This document shows, piece after piece, positions 52,701 to 64,000 of a stretch of 64,000 nucleotides of DNA. The notes under the pieces are model-generated. The model was given only the letters and a program-made list of their open reading frames with translations. It searched no databases and was not told the origin of the DNA. The number at the start of each line of letters is the position of its first letter. Positions within the stretch are counted from its first letter, which is position 1. The position numbers and the translations under genes are program-made. Source of the stretch: Amphiscolops sp. MND2022 (taxonomy: Eukaryota); assembly GCA_964187785.1 (NCBI GenBank), contig OZ076409.1:11472001-11536000 (forward strand), in the 5' to 3' direction.

Positions 52701-55700
52701 AATGTTGATACCAGTGGGATAAAAGGGGCACAAACGAAAACTGGGAAAACGGAAAATCTGCACTTATTTTTTTTTGATTTTTTCGCCTCATTTTCTGGAT
52801 TTTGGAGACATCACGTCAATTTTCCGTGAAAAGGCGCCGAATGCTATGCAATATTGTCTGAAACTCTAATTAAAGGGTTTGCTTTACCATACAATCAGCT
52901 GGTGCATTAAGAATTTGCAGAAACTAAATGTGCCAAATTTGGCACATTGGCCAAGTTAAGGTTAAAAGTTCGGACATAGCTTACTGGGACAAATGGGAGC
53001 GCTTTTTCTGAAACCTTTACCTCCTTAAAACGTAAAATTGCAATAATAATTTATCTGGCTACATAATAAATTGATTTATCTGGCTACATTGCGAGCAACA
53101 TCATCAATTTAAAACACCAAAAGAACAGATCAATGCCAGAAAAGACTCCCAAAGGGCGGTTGCGCGGTTGAAGAGAGCCTCTTAATAATTGCGAAATTTA
53201 GAACAGTTATTTCCGGAACAGAAGTTGACATCGGGAAAAAACGAAAAAAGGAACATCAGGAAAAAAACAATTCCAGGATTTTTTGGAGGGTTTCAATGCG
53301 CGTGAAAACAGTGAGAGATCATGTGCTATCAACTGCGGGCACAGACAGTCTACAGTGTATTAAGACAACTGGCAAAAAACGGAAGTAAAGATGAAGTTTT
53401 ACTGAAATTCACCGAAAACTCGCTTCTCGAACACCTGCTGATATAGTTTCATTTGACGGCTTCTCCGCACCCGATGCCCGACTTTACAGGCCCAGGAGTT
53501 AATACAGCTCACAGCAATATCGCAATAATCCCGTCAAACGCAACATAGTTCGGATATAACGTCAAAAATTTGAATATAGTGTGCTGAGCCACAGCGGCCG
53601 AAGATTGTAAAAGTGGACCATTCAGATTGAAATTGTCATCTGATGAAAAAAAAACTTGCCATTGTAATAGTCGTGTGCATTTTCTGCTAAAATGCAGCGG
53701 CTAAAACAGGCTAAGTTTCAAAACAAGGTTTTAACTAACTCTGTTGAGGAAAGCCAGCGCTTCTTTGTTTCTGCCCTGTTTCAGATGAGAGACAACCAAC
53801 AATCTGGCAATTGTTTCGTTGTTGGGAAATTTCTCCACGCCATCCAGCAAAAGGTTCTTTGCATTTTTCCCTAAACGGCAAACATTTACCTCGTATCATT
53901 TCAACATTCATCTTCCATATTGGTGAAATTTCAAACTTGATAGGAATCACTTCATGAAATCAATGAAGATAAAAACTGCCCTTCAAGTTGCAATTATAAT
54001 CATCAACGTCCATTATCAAATTTTAGGAGCTACTAAATATATGCCCGTTCCTCGATACAATTTGCAGAGTACCCAATAACTTGCAAAAATTACAAATTCA
54101 GTACTTGATATCACCAATATACTTTTCAAACCTGGAAATGCATTGAATGACGAGGGTTTTGAACAAAAAAAAACAGTTATACCAGCAGGACATGGATGAA
54201 TAACTTATTAATTTGATACCCGACGGTGTACAAATTACAAACAACAAAAAATGATAAGTTGCTAGTACTAGATGAATAAGCTTTACAGATAATACCACAG
54301 AGCAGAAAGTTTTTTGGTAATTCAACATTCACGGAGTTCATCAGCATCAAATTCGGATACGACTAATCCGGAAGAAGTTCTACCCTACATAAAACAACGT
54401 AAAAAATCCGACGGAGCGACCTGCGGCCTCCAAAAACGCTTTCATCTTTAAAAACATAGAAATACCAAAATTTTATTTTACAAAAAAATAGACACTGTAA
54501 CAGTCGGACACATTTTCTTATGAAATGCGAAGACTAACAAGCCGGGAACGGCCCAAGTCAGCGCCATATCTAAGGGTCAAAAACAGCAAAAGAACTTCAA
54601 AGTGTCAAAGTATTCTCTTCTACGGTACCGGAAAAACCCAAAAGTTGAACCGAATTGGCGCACCAGAGGGGACACTTTGAGATTTTTCATCCATTCTGTC
54701 GCAAATCATTAAAAAAATTGGAGGGGCACTTTTGGTGGGAAAAAATTTTTGAAAAAAGTCTCACAATGCCGAAAAAACTGAAAGGGGGACCCTTTGGGAT
54801 TTTTCAACATCCGTTCTGTCGGAAAACTCTAAAAAATTGAAGGGGGACCCTTTGGGGAAACATTTTTTTTCGAAAAAAAGTCTCACAGAGCCGAAAAGTA
54901 CTCAAAGGGAGTACCCTTCGGTACCGTGGAGTTTTTCAGATGATGTAAAAAGACGTTGCAAACTTTTGCGCCATTATCAAGAGATTTTCAAAAATTTATG
55001 AAAATTGTAAGAAAAGTGGACCACTCAGAGTGAGATTGTCAACTGAAAAAAAACTACTCACTGTAAGAGTCAGGCTTTTTTCCTTAAGGGAAAAGGCGCC
55101 GACTAAAAACAGGAACCAAACACTTAGAAAATTGTCATATTGCAAGACGCACCAAGGAAGTCTATTCTGTTGGCAGCCCGCACGTATGCATCTAGTTTGG
55201 TCCTATCTGTGATGAATTCACTGTTTTTCATCTTGATAACATCCCGATATGACTCGATGGCTTTAGAAAGGAGCTCATTGCTTCTCTTCATTTCTGCCAG
55301 TCCGTCAAGTGCTTCGGCTTTCAACAGGGCAGCGTAGCCACTATTGGGGTACTTTTGGGCCAAATCAGTCGATTTCTTCACAGCCTCTTCCCATAGGCGC
55401 TGAAAAACACACTCACTTAGGTTATTAAACAGGTCATTATCATTCAACCATTACAATGACAAGCTGAACTGCAATCACGTTATGGAAACAATCAACAGGG
55501 GACAACAAATAAAAAATACAATTAGAACACAGCTTTTTGTTCAACACAAACTGCGTTCTTCCAGTACGCACGGTGCTTATTTTATCAATACAAAAGTGGA
55601 AAAAGAAAAGAAAAATATAAACCAATCAGAAATTAAAAATCACCCACTTTGAGGGACTGCGAAAATTAGGGCTGATGAAAACTAAAATTAGATTCCAAGC

Positions 55701-58700
55701 CTCGGAAAAGTAAGTATTTAAAAAGCGGAAGGACTTCCAAAGATAAATTCTGCAATTGTTTTTTTAGGGAAACCTCCAGAATCGAAGTTTTTCTAGGTTA
55801 ACCAATATGAGAGTTTTGAAAATCAAAACTTGAAAGTTGTTCAAAGCATCGAAAGCGGTCAGTAGTAATAAGTTGAATTTTAACACGAAGTTCAAATACG
55901 AAGAGCTCAAAGAAATATTTTGGCTCTTTTGTATAAACCCCCTCCAACCATTAAAATTTTCAATAATTTTTCACAGTTTTTTTCTAAACTTAGATTAAAT
56001 GCGACTGAAAAAAGCAAGCTGTTCATTTCCTGATCAAATATGCATGAATTCATGAAAAAATACCGTGAAATAAGTTTGTATCTCTTCTTTAACTGTCACT
56101 TTGATAATAAATTTAAAACAAGGTTTTTGGTTTGCTTGTAAGTCTTTTTGTCCTAATAATTTCACTAATTTTCAAAAAAATGTAATGGGGACAGAAAAGA
56201 ATAATTTTTTACTTATAAATGAGTGAATTGGAATGAGTAAAATCATTTGCGGGGATATATAACTTCAGTATGTCTGAATGAAACAATTAAAACTTTGATA
56301 AAACAATAGAATTGAAGATGATTATCCTTACGAAAAAATTTTTATAATTAAAAAAGTGAATTGCGACAACATCAAATGGAAGACAGGCTGAACTTGATCA
56401 AAATGATACGTGTAGGGTGGCCAGTTTTTCTTTTCAACAAAAAAGCGACCCAATTAAAATCATAAAAATTTACGTTTTTTCACTGAAAAAAGTAACCTAA
56501 CGTTTCTTCAAGAACTAGTTTTAGTAACCATAAATTATAATAGGAACAAAATGTTGAACAGAATGCTGAGATAGGTACACACATAAGCATTCAAAACTTA
56601 TTGCGTAACGAAAGAGTCAATGATATTTCCAGGTATGACGTTGCTGTGTCCACTTTGGGCACGTAACTCAGCACTTAATCTCTGACGCAAAAACATGTTC
56701 GTAAAAAAGCAACCAACCCTTTAAAGCGACGCAACTGGCCACCTTGTATGAGTGAATGACATCTTCGAAATCTTGATTTCTATGCAAGACTTTTAAGGGA
56801 CTACTAGCAGATCAAAGCCCTAGCCCAAAATGTTGAAAGAATCACAGACATCAAAAACTGCGTCAAAGCGTTGACGACGACAGTGAAAACAGACATATTA
56901 GAAAGTTTCCGAAGCGAAGATCGTCTTCTGTATGGTAAACAAATCAGCAAAACATTAGTGTACTTAGGTTCAGTGTCTCATAATTTGATGCAATTCATCT
57001 GGACTCGATGAATTGAATTTAGCAAAAACAATGGCTGATATATTGGAAACAATTTCGAAGAAAATAGATTAGAAGAGAATATTACCATTTTGATGGCCCT
57101 GAAACGAAAAACGTAAACTGTAAGCAGGTTCATTTGAGGGCTTCAGGGGGAACCAGTTCAATTACTACTAGAGACTACACCATCATAAATGGGCAATATT
57201 GGGAGATTTTTTTAAATTTTTTTAATGCATGCAGCGAATGAACCCCTTGGAAACTAACCTTTTCAATGGTGCTCTCCACCAGTTTAATTTTCGCATCTAT
57301 TTTTTCATCACTCGATGTTAACTTGGACATAGAGTATCCATCTGCCCCAAGATGAGATTTTGGCATCTGTTCAGCAGAATCGGTTTCTTCCGGTGGTTCA
57401 ACAATCAAATTCTTTTCTTTCATACCTGGTAGGATATCATTGTCTTTGATGGTTGGTAGTAGTTCAGGTAATAATAAAATGTCATCATATAGAAACTCTT
57501 CTGAATTAATGTTTTCATTGCTTGCAGCAAAATCAAAATTATAATTTTGTCTCTGCGACTTGGGTATATAAATGAGTAATTTTCTTTCACCAGCATCGCC
57601 TTGTTTTAACAGATGACCGTATTTTCTAGCATTGTAAGGATGACTCATAAATTCTTCGTCTTCGAGGTAATCCAGAATTCCGTTTTCATCCAAATCACCC
57701 TCCAAAAAATCCGGAATTCCATCCCCATCTTCGTCATCGTCGCTAACGTATTCTTCGATTTCTCCTGATTCGTCGACTTCGTCATCATCATCATCATCGT
57801 TATTGTCATCATTAACATCATCAGCGCCATTATCATCTACACTGTCTACAATTTCTTCAGCTTGTGTACCTTCCACGTGATCTGACCCCACACTTTCTTC
57901 CTCTTCCCCGTAATACTCAACATCATCATCATCATTGACACCGTTAAACTCATCCGATTCCTCTTCACTGGGTTCCAGATACTCCAAGAAATCTAAAACT
58001 TCGTTATCGTCATCATCCTGTAAAAAGTCAAGCACGCCATCGCCGTCTTTATCTTCAGTGAACACGTCATAGACCCCGTCCTTGTCTTCATCTTCATATG
58101 CATCCGCCACTCCATCTCCGTCTGAATCCTTTTGCAGCTCGTCGATGATCCCATCGCCATCTTGATCTTCCTGTTCCAGAACACGTTCCCCAGACTCAAC
58201 TTCCAAGTAATCATCTACTCCGTCTTGGTCAATATCTCCTTCCAAAAAATCTGGCACACCATCATTATCTATGTCCTGCAGAACCTTGTCCCTGTGGCCC
58301 ATGAGACAACGGGCGTCCAAATTTGGACACAGTTTCAAAAGAACTTTGTATAATTCCTCCTGGGGTTTTTCTGCCGAAATGCATGACATGTTGAATGGAT
58401 CACATTTAACGGGGGGTTTCGATTCTTTCTTTTGTTGTGTTGTGGGTCCTTCTTTTGTTGATTTACTCGAAGCTTTGTTGCTCTTATCGTGTTCAACCTT
58501 CTTAGGTGGTACCTCTGCTGGTTTTATGTTGGATTTTTTCTGTTTTTCCGCGTCATCAACTGACTTAGCAGTCTTAGACTTCAATGCTTCCACTTTCGGA
58601 GGCACTGGTTTCTCAACATGCTTCTTAGGAGCTTTAGGTTGAACAGGTTCTGCTTTAGGAACATCATCTCCATCGTCGAGGAAATCGTCTCCGTAGTAAA

Positions 58701-61700
58701 TATCATCATCATCACTACTGGCACTTTGCTCCTGTACACTCGAGCTTTTCGTTTTTCCGGCATCTTTCTGTTTATCTTTCTTGTCATCCGATAGAATTTT
58801 GGCTGCATTGATAACTTCCGGGTCTATATTTTCTGCGTCTAAGATATCAGGAACACCGTCGTTGTTCATATCTTCCAAAATATCTGGAATTCCATCGGCA
58901 TCGGAATCACTTTCCATGACATCAGGGATTCCATCAAGATCACTATCGGACAAGTCTACGCCCTTCAGAGACAGTTTTGCCATGAAGGGCTTCAATTGGT
59001 CTAGAAGGGAAGATTTCAAAGCATTGGGATCCAAATTGAGCGAGGATTTCAATGCAGACGCTTCAATGTTCTCTTGTGCATTGGCTATGTTCTCTTTTAC
59101 TTTGTCAAACAAAATGGAAAACCCAACGTGCATTTTACTCAATGCTTCTTTATATATTTCTGGGCTTATGATTGGCTCGTTAGACTTGGACTCAGCAGAT
59201 TTTGAAGATTCTGATTTAGCACTTGGATCTAAATTAGTTTTCTTTGGGTCAATTTTGCCTTGTGGCTGAGTTCCCTCTTCTTTTTGTTGCTGAGCACTTT
59301 TTGACTTAGCTTGTTGCTCTTTCTCGTCAATGAGCTTCAATTTATCCGCAATTTTTTTCTTCAATTCAGGTTTCAAAGACTTCGATTCCAACTTTTTCCT
59401 CAGGTAGGCAACAGAGATGGGGTCATAATCATGAGGCTCTGCAAGTTTCTTTTTGGCAAAAATTGATTCCGGGAGATGAACTTCTTCGACTCCTGGGCAA
59501 CACAATTTCCATCATTCGCGTTCTCTGGTGGGTTAGATGGTTCCATGCATTCTTTGAACATCAGTTAAACCAGGAGCATATCTGGTGTATGACGTCATAC
59601 GATTAAACCGACTGACACGACATTAGTTAGTTGAAGAGGCTCACGTCAATTCATCCGATGATTGATATTGATTGTTAGCATGTTGAGATCCTGGCGCAAA
59701 CTTTTGTGTTTAGTATGGGCAAATGGAAACCATTCCACAAAAACCATGTTTGATCTGTCTAAGGACTCGTTCTTGAAATCGCAATTGAAGAACACAGTGG
59801 ATCCCGGATATAGCAAATACCAGCTTATAGTCAATTCGTACCATGGCAACGACTGCCAATTAAATTCCTTCTAAAAACCCGCAAATAAGGAAGCTCGATG
59901 ATAGGGAACACCGCCCGTCGCTCCGCTGATGTTGATTATATCCAGGATCCACTGTATTGGGTTAAGGAGCAGCGAATCTCAGCTCCTCATAAAAAAGCTT
60001 TCATTTTCTCACGTTTTCATGTTCATCACGTAAAACATTGACATGCAATCAGTAGAAATATTCGTAATACTATTCTAATTTCGCCCACAGAAATGCATTT
60101 CAGTTAGTTTGAAGCAAGCAATGAAAACATAACTACAGATTAGTTTCAGATGGTGATTTTCATGCAATACACTTTATGCTAACATAATACGTAACATTGT
60201 CACTTTGTTAGAGACGATTAATTCGAAACATTGAAATTGAGTCAAATTAATATTAGCTGGCAGCCAAGTTATTCAAAAAAAACATCACTAAGCGACTGTT
60301 AAAAAAAACCTGAGTCTCCGAAAATTTTTGGTACAGTGATGTATGTCTCTTACTGCCGCTCTATGATAGTTATCGGGGATTTTGGGAATCATAAAAGTGG
60401 CACAAAATTATATAAGGCCTCGACTTTGCTTATAAACCAGCTTGGCTCATTTTTGAAGAGAAAAATCTTTTTTATGTGTCAAGAAACGTTTTTAAGCAAA
60501 ACTATTGTGGAACTCATACAGTACTCAAAAACCTTTCAAAAACTTCATGAACCCATAACTAGTCATAAAAATGAATTGCCACAAATTGACATTAAGTTAT
60601 TGCAATGTTGATCACTTAGATATATGATGAACTATTTCATGAAAATGAGACATTATAGCATGAGCGAAGGCAAAAAATCTGGACATTAATGGAAGCATGC
60701 TGGTATAGGCATGGTGGTAGGTTGTATAGCCGAACGGTAATAATGCAGAAAAAGTATAGCAGAAACGAATTGAACTCTCAACTGTGATTGGTCGCGCCGT
60801 TCGACATTGAGCTTTGAATGATGAATTTATTATGTAACTTTGAAACCGATCGAGAATAGAATTCAATTCTATTCGGCCATAATACTATTCGTCTTTAATC
60901 TTGTTCGGCTATAATCCATACCACCAGTGAATTAGTGGATTACGTTATTAGTGAAGCGTGGTGATACTCACCAAATATGGCATCAATGTCGATGACATTG
61001 AGGGACAGGAGCGACAGGGTGGCCACGGCCAAAACTATGCAGCCGACCAGTTTCCACATGGAAAACGAGGAGTTGCCTCCCCCCACGGCCGCCACACCTG
61101 AAGCAGCAGCGACCGCGGCCGCTCCCTTCAACTGCTGACTCATGCCCTCGGCGAACGAGGTCGCAAAGGGTTCTGTCAATGGTGACACAATCCTCACGTT
61201 ACTTCATAATCTTCACATTACTCTTTCAACCATCAGTAAGTTCCCAAACAACTTGGGGCTCTTATTCCCCCTACCCAGCACACTTTTTGAAAAGAACAAA
61301 GCAACAGAAGGGATATTATTTTTAAAATGAAGATCCATTTCGGAATCACATTTGGACAGTTTCTTGTTTTGAATAACATGGAATGATACTGAAGGATTTT
61401 TTCATTCAGTTGAATGCATAGTTTTGCAAAGATTTTTTTTTTCAAACGGAAGTGATTTGAACAAAATAAAGGCAAATTCAAAAGTGTGTGTGTGTGTGGG
61501 GTGATAGGGTTGGAATAAGTTCTGGACTTGGATACGGGTTAGTATTAAGAAATGGCATCAGTCATGTGGCAAATTTTTCAATATTCGAGTTCGAGTGACT
61601 CTGTACATTCTACAAGTACCCGCAAAATAGCATTTTTAATGTTTTCGAAACGGGATACGGAATGATCTGAAGATTCTAGTTGCATTCTATGTAGGCGTCA

Positions 61701-61993
61701 GATTTCTTTCAGCCAAAACTCCTAATTTTTTTGACGATAATACCTTCTGTTAAAGCTTATTCGTGTGTTAATCGAAGTAGAGCATGCAAGTTGAATTAGA
61801 GTAAGGACATACCTAAGGACGTTGGGCGTAGATGACCCGAGAACATGGAAGTGAACCCGGATGCAGCTCCCATAGCTGCGCCCCCCGGGGCTATAGGGGT
61901 GCCTCCGTAAGGGCTGTTGGGCGTCCCCCCTGGAACACCTTGCTGGACATTCGGAGGGATGATTCGTCTGCGAGGAGGCGGTTGTGATTGCAT
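40623..61993 (-). CDS. ASPH: Aspartyl/asparaginyl beta-hydroxylase, 10 coding exons, ~1282 aa
   Basis: Exons 61993-61813, 61172-60972, 59492-57259, 55399-55153, 53870-53740, 49964-49767, 48741-48595, 47900-47673, 41772-41642, 40773-40623. All introns are GT-AG with matching phases (1,1,0,1,0,0,0,0,2). Type II TM helix, acidic luminal region, TPR-like repeats, QRSLYN...AKPWW, and catalytic WPHTGPTNCR and FDDSFEHEVW...VDLWHPEL. Confidence 0.95.
41642..41772 (-). CDS. ASPH: ASPH exon 9
   Basis: IKFSVMQPGTYVWPHTGPTNCRIRSHLGLVVPEGPKIRVGDDV (absent from the ORF track). Confidence 0.96.
41927..42392. mobile_element. hAT-type MITE
   Basis: TIR CAGAGATGACC; 8-bp TSD CGAATAAC/CGAATAAA; CTATAAT subterminal repeats. 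Confidence 0.8.
42558..45670 (+). pseudogene. Spliced, GC-rich, disrupted gene nested antisense in ASPH intron 8, with a C2H2/BED-like finger; possibly hAT-transposase related
   Basis: ATG at 42558. Exons ~42558-42627, 42716-42811, 42893-42937 and 43087-onward join in phase 1 via GT-AG introns. Later exons from ~44045 (CLVCKRVIKAATRGITTFLEHCRELGQH) and ~44834. Contains in-frame stops and frameshifts. Confidence 0.6.
45735..46374 (+). mobile_element. Tc1/mariner (Tc3-like, DD34E) transposase remnant, 5' truncated
   Basis: FTDEKRF...GPHGCRKYW...VMV.AGIG, then DNATPH...WAPRSPDCNPIEHLW (34 residues between D and E). Stop at ~46294; frameshifted. Confidence 0.9.
46898..47416 (+). mobile_element. 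HINE family A copy, complete
   Basis: 5' TTTTTTAGTCGGCGCC...GCCCGACT. 3' GGCGCCGACTTGGGACGTTCCCGTCTTGTT. Confidence 0.75.
47673..47900 (-). CDS. ASPH: ASPH exon 8
   Basis: ILEENWLKIRDEAL...GDWKQFTLYQRG...TSCKRGQ|GTAAGC. Confidence 0.96.
48595..48741 (-). CDS. ASPH: ASPH exon 7
   Basis: ADYWYGVGAKKGAFLSQQQRSLYNADRPIKAKPWW... Confidence 0.95.
49767..49964 (-). CDS. ASPH: ASPH exon 6 (TPR-like)
   Basis: ...LVHKGFVL...DGRMFNALGNALIRL...|GTATGT. Confidence 0.93.
50870..51440 (-). repeat. HINE family A central tandem array
   Basis: Multiple GTCTCATAGTGCCGAAAA...GGGACCCTTTGGGA units. Confidence 0.65.
51448..51520 (-). pseudogene. tRNA-derived sequence (SINE head-like)
   Basis: Minus strand has A-box TGGTCTAGTGG and B-box GTTCGAACC at tRNA spacing. 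Stems pair poorly. Confidence 0.55.
52373..52961. mobile_element. piggyBac-like MITE
   Basis: TTAA|CCTTAAGTTGGCCA...TGGCCAAGTTAAGG|TTAA. Confidence 0.88.
53740..53870 (-). CDS. ASPH: ASPH exon 5 (TPR-like)
   Basis: (G)KNAKNLLLDGVEKFPNNETIARLLVVSHLKQGRNKEALAFLNR|GTTAGT; phases fit both neighbours. Confidence 0.88.
54536..55109 (-). mobile_element. HINE family A copy, complete, abutting the end of another copy
   Basis: AACAAGCCGGGAACGGCCCAAGTCAGCGCC...GGCGCCGACTAAAAA. Preceded by a degenerate terminus (54490-54535). Confidence 0.75.
55153..55399 (-). CDS. ASPH: ASPH exon 4 (TPR-like)
   Basis: RLWEEAVKK...YPNS...KAEALDGLAEMKRSNELLSKAIESYRDV...RIDFL. Confidence 0.93.
57259..59492 (-). CDS. ASPH: ASPH exon 3: giant luminal exon with Lys-rich and acidic DxDxDG-repeat regions
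   Basis: 2234-bp open exon with CCCAG acceptor (phase 1) and AAG|GTTAGT donor (phase 0), fitting both flanking exons. Confidence 0.85.
59795..59954. mobile_element. pogo/Tigger-like MITE
   Basis: TIR CAGTGGATCCCGGATATA / TATATCCAGGATCCACTG|TA. Confidence 0.75.
60972..61172 (-). CDS. ASPH: ASPH exon 2 (transmembrane helix)
   Basis: WKLVGCIVLAVATLSLLSLNVI; GACAG acceptor and GTGAGT donor. Confidence 0.85.
61813..61993 (-). CDS. ASPH: ASPH exon 1 (cytosolic N-terminus)
   Basis: MQSQPPPRRR...PTSL|GTATGT; phase 1 matches exon 2. The start codon choice is inferred. Confidence 0.75.
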
Positions 61994-62113
61994 GTCTTTC
62001 TGAAAATGATTATTATCATTATTATTTTCCGCCCTCACAATTTATTGTAATATCATCATGTGTTGCGTTTTTTTCCCGAATTCCGCCAAATCTCCATATT
62101 AGTTGCTATTTGA

Positions 62114-62192
62114 GTTACGATGGCTCAGTTGGTAGTGCACCCGCCTATCAATCAGTAGAGAGTGGGTTCGAATCTCACCGCCTGATTTTTTT
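62114..62192 (+). pseudogene. tRNA-derived Pol III-type element (SINE head or tRNA pseudogene)
   Basis: A-box TGGCTCAGTTGG, B-box GGTTCGAATC, followed by T7. Acceptor and anticodon stems do not pair well. Confidence 0.55.
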
Positions 62193-63403
62193 GACAAGGC
62201 GGAAAACATCCCGGTGTTTATTTATCTTCTCTTCAAAAGAGAAAACAGCGAACGGCTTAGATGGTTTCCTCTGGGCCCTAGCTTGGTGGTTTCTAAATGT
62301 TCTAAACCCAACGGAGGCATTCTACCTCACGCAAAACTCCACTAAGGAATTCAGAATTCTTTTCAGAATTCGGCCTAGGACAACAATAATCGAAATTTTT
62401 GCACCAAACTTCAGGCGGAATATTAGTGAAAGTAATTTGATTTTTTTTCAACGTTTTTTCTTTTCGGCTTCAGCATACACGCTTTCTGACAATGGCCCCG
62501 CGTTTTGAGCTAATAAACCCATAAAATTTACTTCAATGATTAATAAATCAATAGCGGAATATAACTTTGAACGTTCAGAGAGATTCTTCAAAACTGCATT
62601 TTTTAGATTTTACGAAATCGGGCCCTACGTGGCTCACTAATATGTGGTGTGAAAAATTTGCCACTAAAATTTAAAAGTTAATATATCATTTCCACATCAG
62701 CTTTCGGCATGACATAATTCACAAAATCTTCCAATTTCAAACAATTTTGAAGTTTGCGAATGTAATTTTGACTGAAAGCTTCTAAATTTTGGATAGGCTT
62801 TCCTAATCGAAACACCGTACGCGGTCATGGCCTTTCGCACTCACTCTGAACGAATAAAAAGTGAACACTGTTCGCTTTGTCACTAAGTTTTCCTCTTGCT
62901 TCTGAGAGTTAGACTAGGTGCTATGAAAGAACCATTAGAAACTAAAAACCAGTTTACTGTTTTCAAGAATTTAATTTAGTTTACAGAAATGTTTGTTTCA
63001 AATTTCGACGACTCATTGTAAAAGTTGAAAATGGAAATCATTATAAAAATTTTAAAAGAAATTTGAGTTTTTCGAAATTTGAGTGACTAAAAACTTTCAC
63101 GTTGCTATTGAATAGTTACTCCAAGACAACTCCGATTTTACAGTATTGAACCAACTGCATAATTTGTTCCACATTTTTACACAATAGAGACCTTTTCGTC
63201 CCGGTAGAATGATCTGCTAAACTGTTTTTAAACAACTTCTGTTTTGTGAAATAAACAAGTAAGCGCAAAGTTCTTATTGCTTCAGAGCGATTTCCATGAC
63301 AATTCTGAAAGTCTCAAAGTGCCAAAAACTGTTCCAATAGGGCCTTCGGGCTTAAAAGGGCTTTATTCCCACAAAATCCAGGGGAAAAAGGTGAAGTTTC
63401 CTT

Positions 63404-63893
63404 CAGAGTTGTTACGGTGTTTTAAACTGTTTTAAACACGAGGAAAAAAACAGTGTTTAAAACAAATTTAAAAAAAACATTGTTTTTTTCATTGTTTTTT
63501 TCAAGAGGTGCTTATGTCACTACGGTTTACATTTGCATCAACTATGACAATTTGTTGTTTTCAGATTTTGATATGCCTCGAATTAAGGATCCAATCTGGA
63601 AAAAGTTCAATGAGATACAACTTGCAAATGGCAGTACCCGAGGCGAGTGTCCTATTTGCAAAGCCACTGTGGTTGGCCTAGTGTCAAGGTTGAAAGCTCA
63701 TTACGAGGCATGCTCGCGCAAAAGATCAAATATACTTTAAGGTAAGAAAAGTGTTTTTCACGCGCTTGTTTTTTACCAATTAGCCGCCTAAAATGAAAAA
63801 AAAACAATAAAAAACAAAAAAACAGTATAATTCGTAAAAAAAACATGTTTTAAACGTTTTTTTGAAAAAAAACTGTTTTTTATAACAACTCTG
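63404..63893 (+). mobile_element. hAT internal-deletion derivative retaining the BED zinc finger
   Basis: TIR CAGAGTTGTTA and perfect 8-bp TSD GTTTCCTT. ORF from 63573: MPRIKDPIWKKF...CPICK...RLKAHYEAC. Confidence 0.9.
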
Positions 63894-64000
63894 GTTTCCT
63901 TTCTAGAACGCACGGTGGCAACTTGCTTTCAAACTTCGTTTTTGAAACTTTTCCGACGGGAAAATGTTTGATGAAACCGCCGTATTACGCAATACGAGTT

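Overview
This is eukaryotic (invertebrate animal-like) genomic DNA: AT-rich, intron-containing and dense in transposons. I see no prokaryotic operons, rRNA or CRISPR. (1) A complete 10-exon aspartyl/asparaginyl beta-hydroxylase (ASPH) gene lies on the minus strand (61993->40623, about 1282 aa from my phase-checked exon joining). Its luminal region is one 2.2-kb exon with about 11 DxDxDG Ca2+-binding-type repeats. (2) Two full-length, TSD-flanked Mag-like Ty3/gypsy LTR retrotransposons are present (1692-7457, degenerate; 19192-24574, one frameshift). Each has a consensus splice donor after gag or gag-PR and an in-phase splice acceptor near the polypurine tract, which predicts a copia-style spliced Gag mRNA. 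(3) The 3' exons of an unknown plus-strand gene carry a SILK/RVxF PP1-docking signature. (4) A GC-rich spliced antisense pseudogene with a hAT-type zinc finger is nested in an ASPH intron, next to a Tc1/Tc3-like DD34E remnant. (5) The repeats include two Helentron-associated (HINE/DINE-1-like) families with internal tandem arrays, a 1.85-kb tandem duplication, and many hAT, piggyBac, pogo-like and CMC-like MITEs. All calls come from reading the sequence; no database searches were run.
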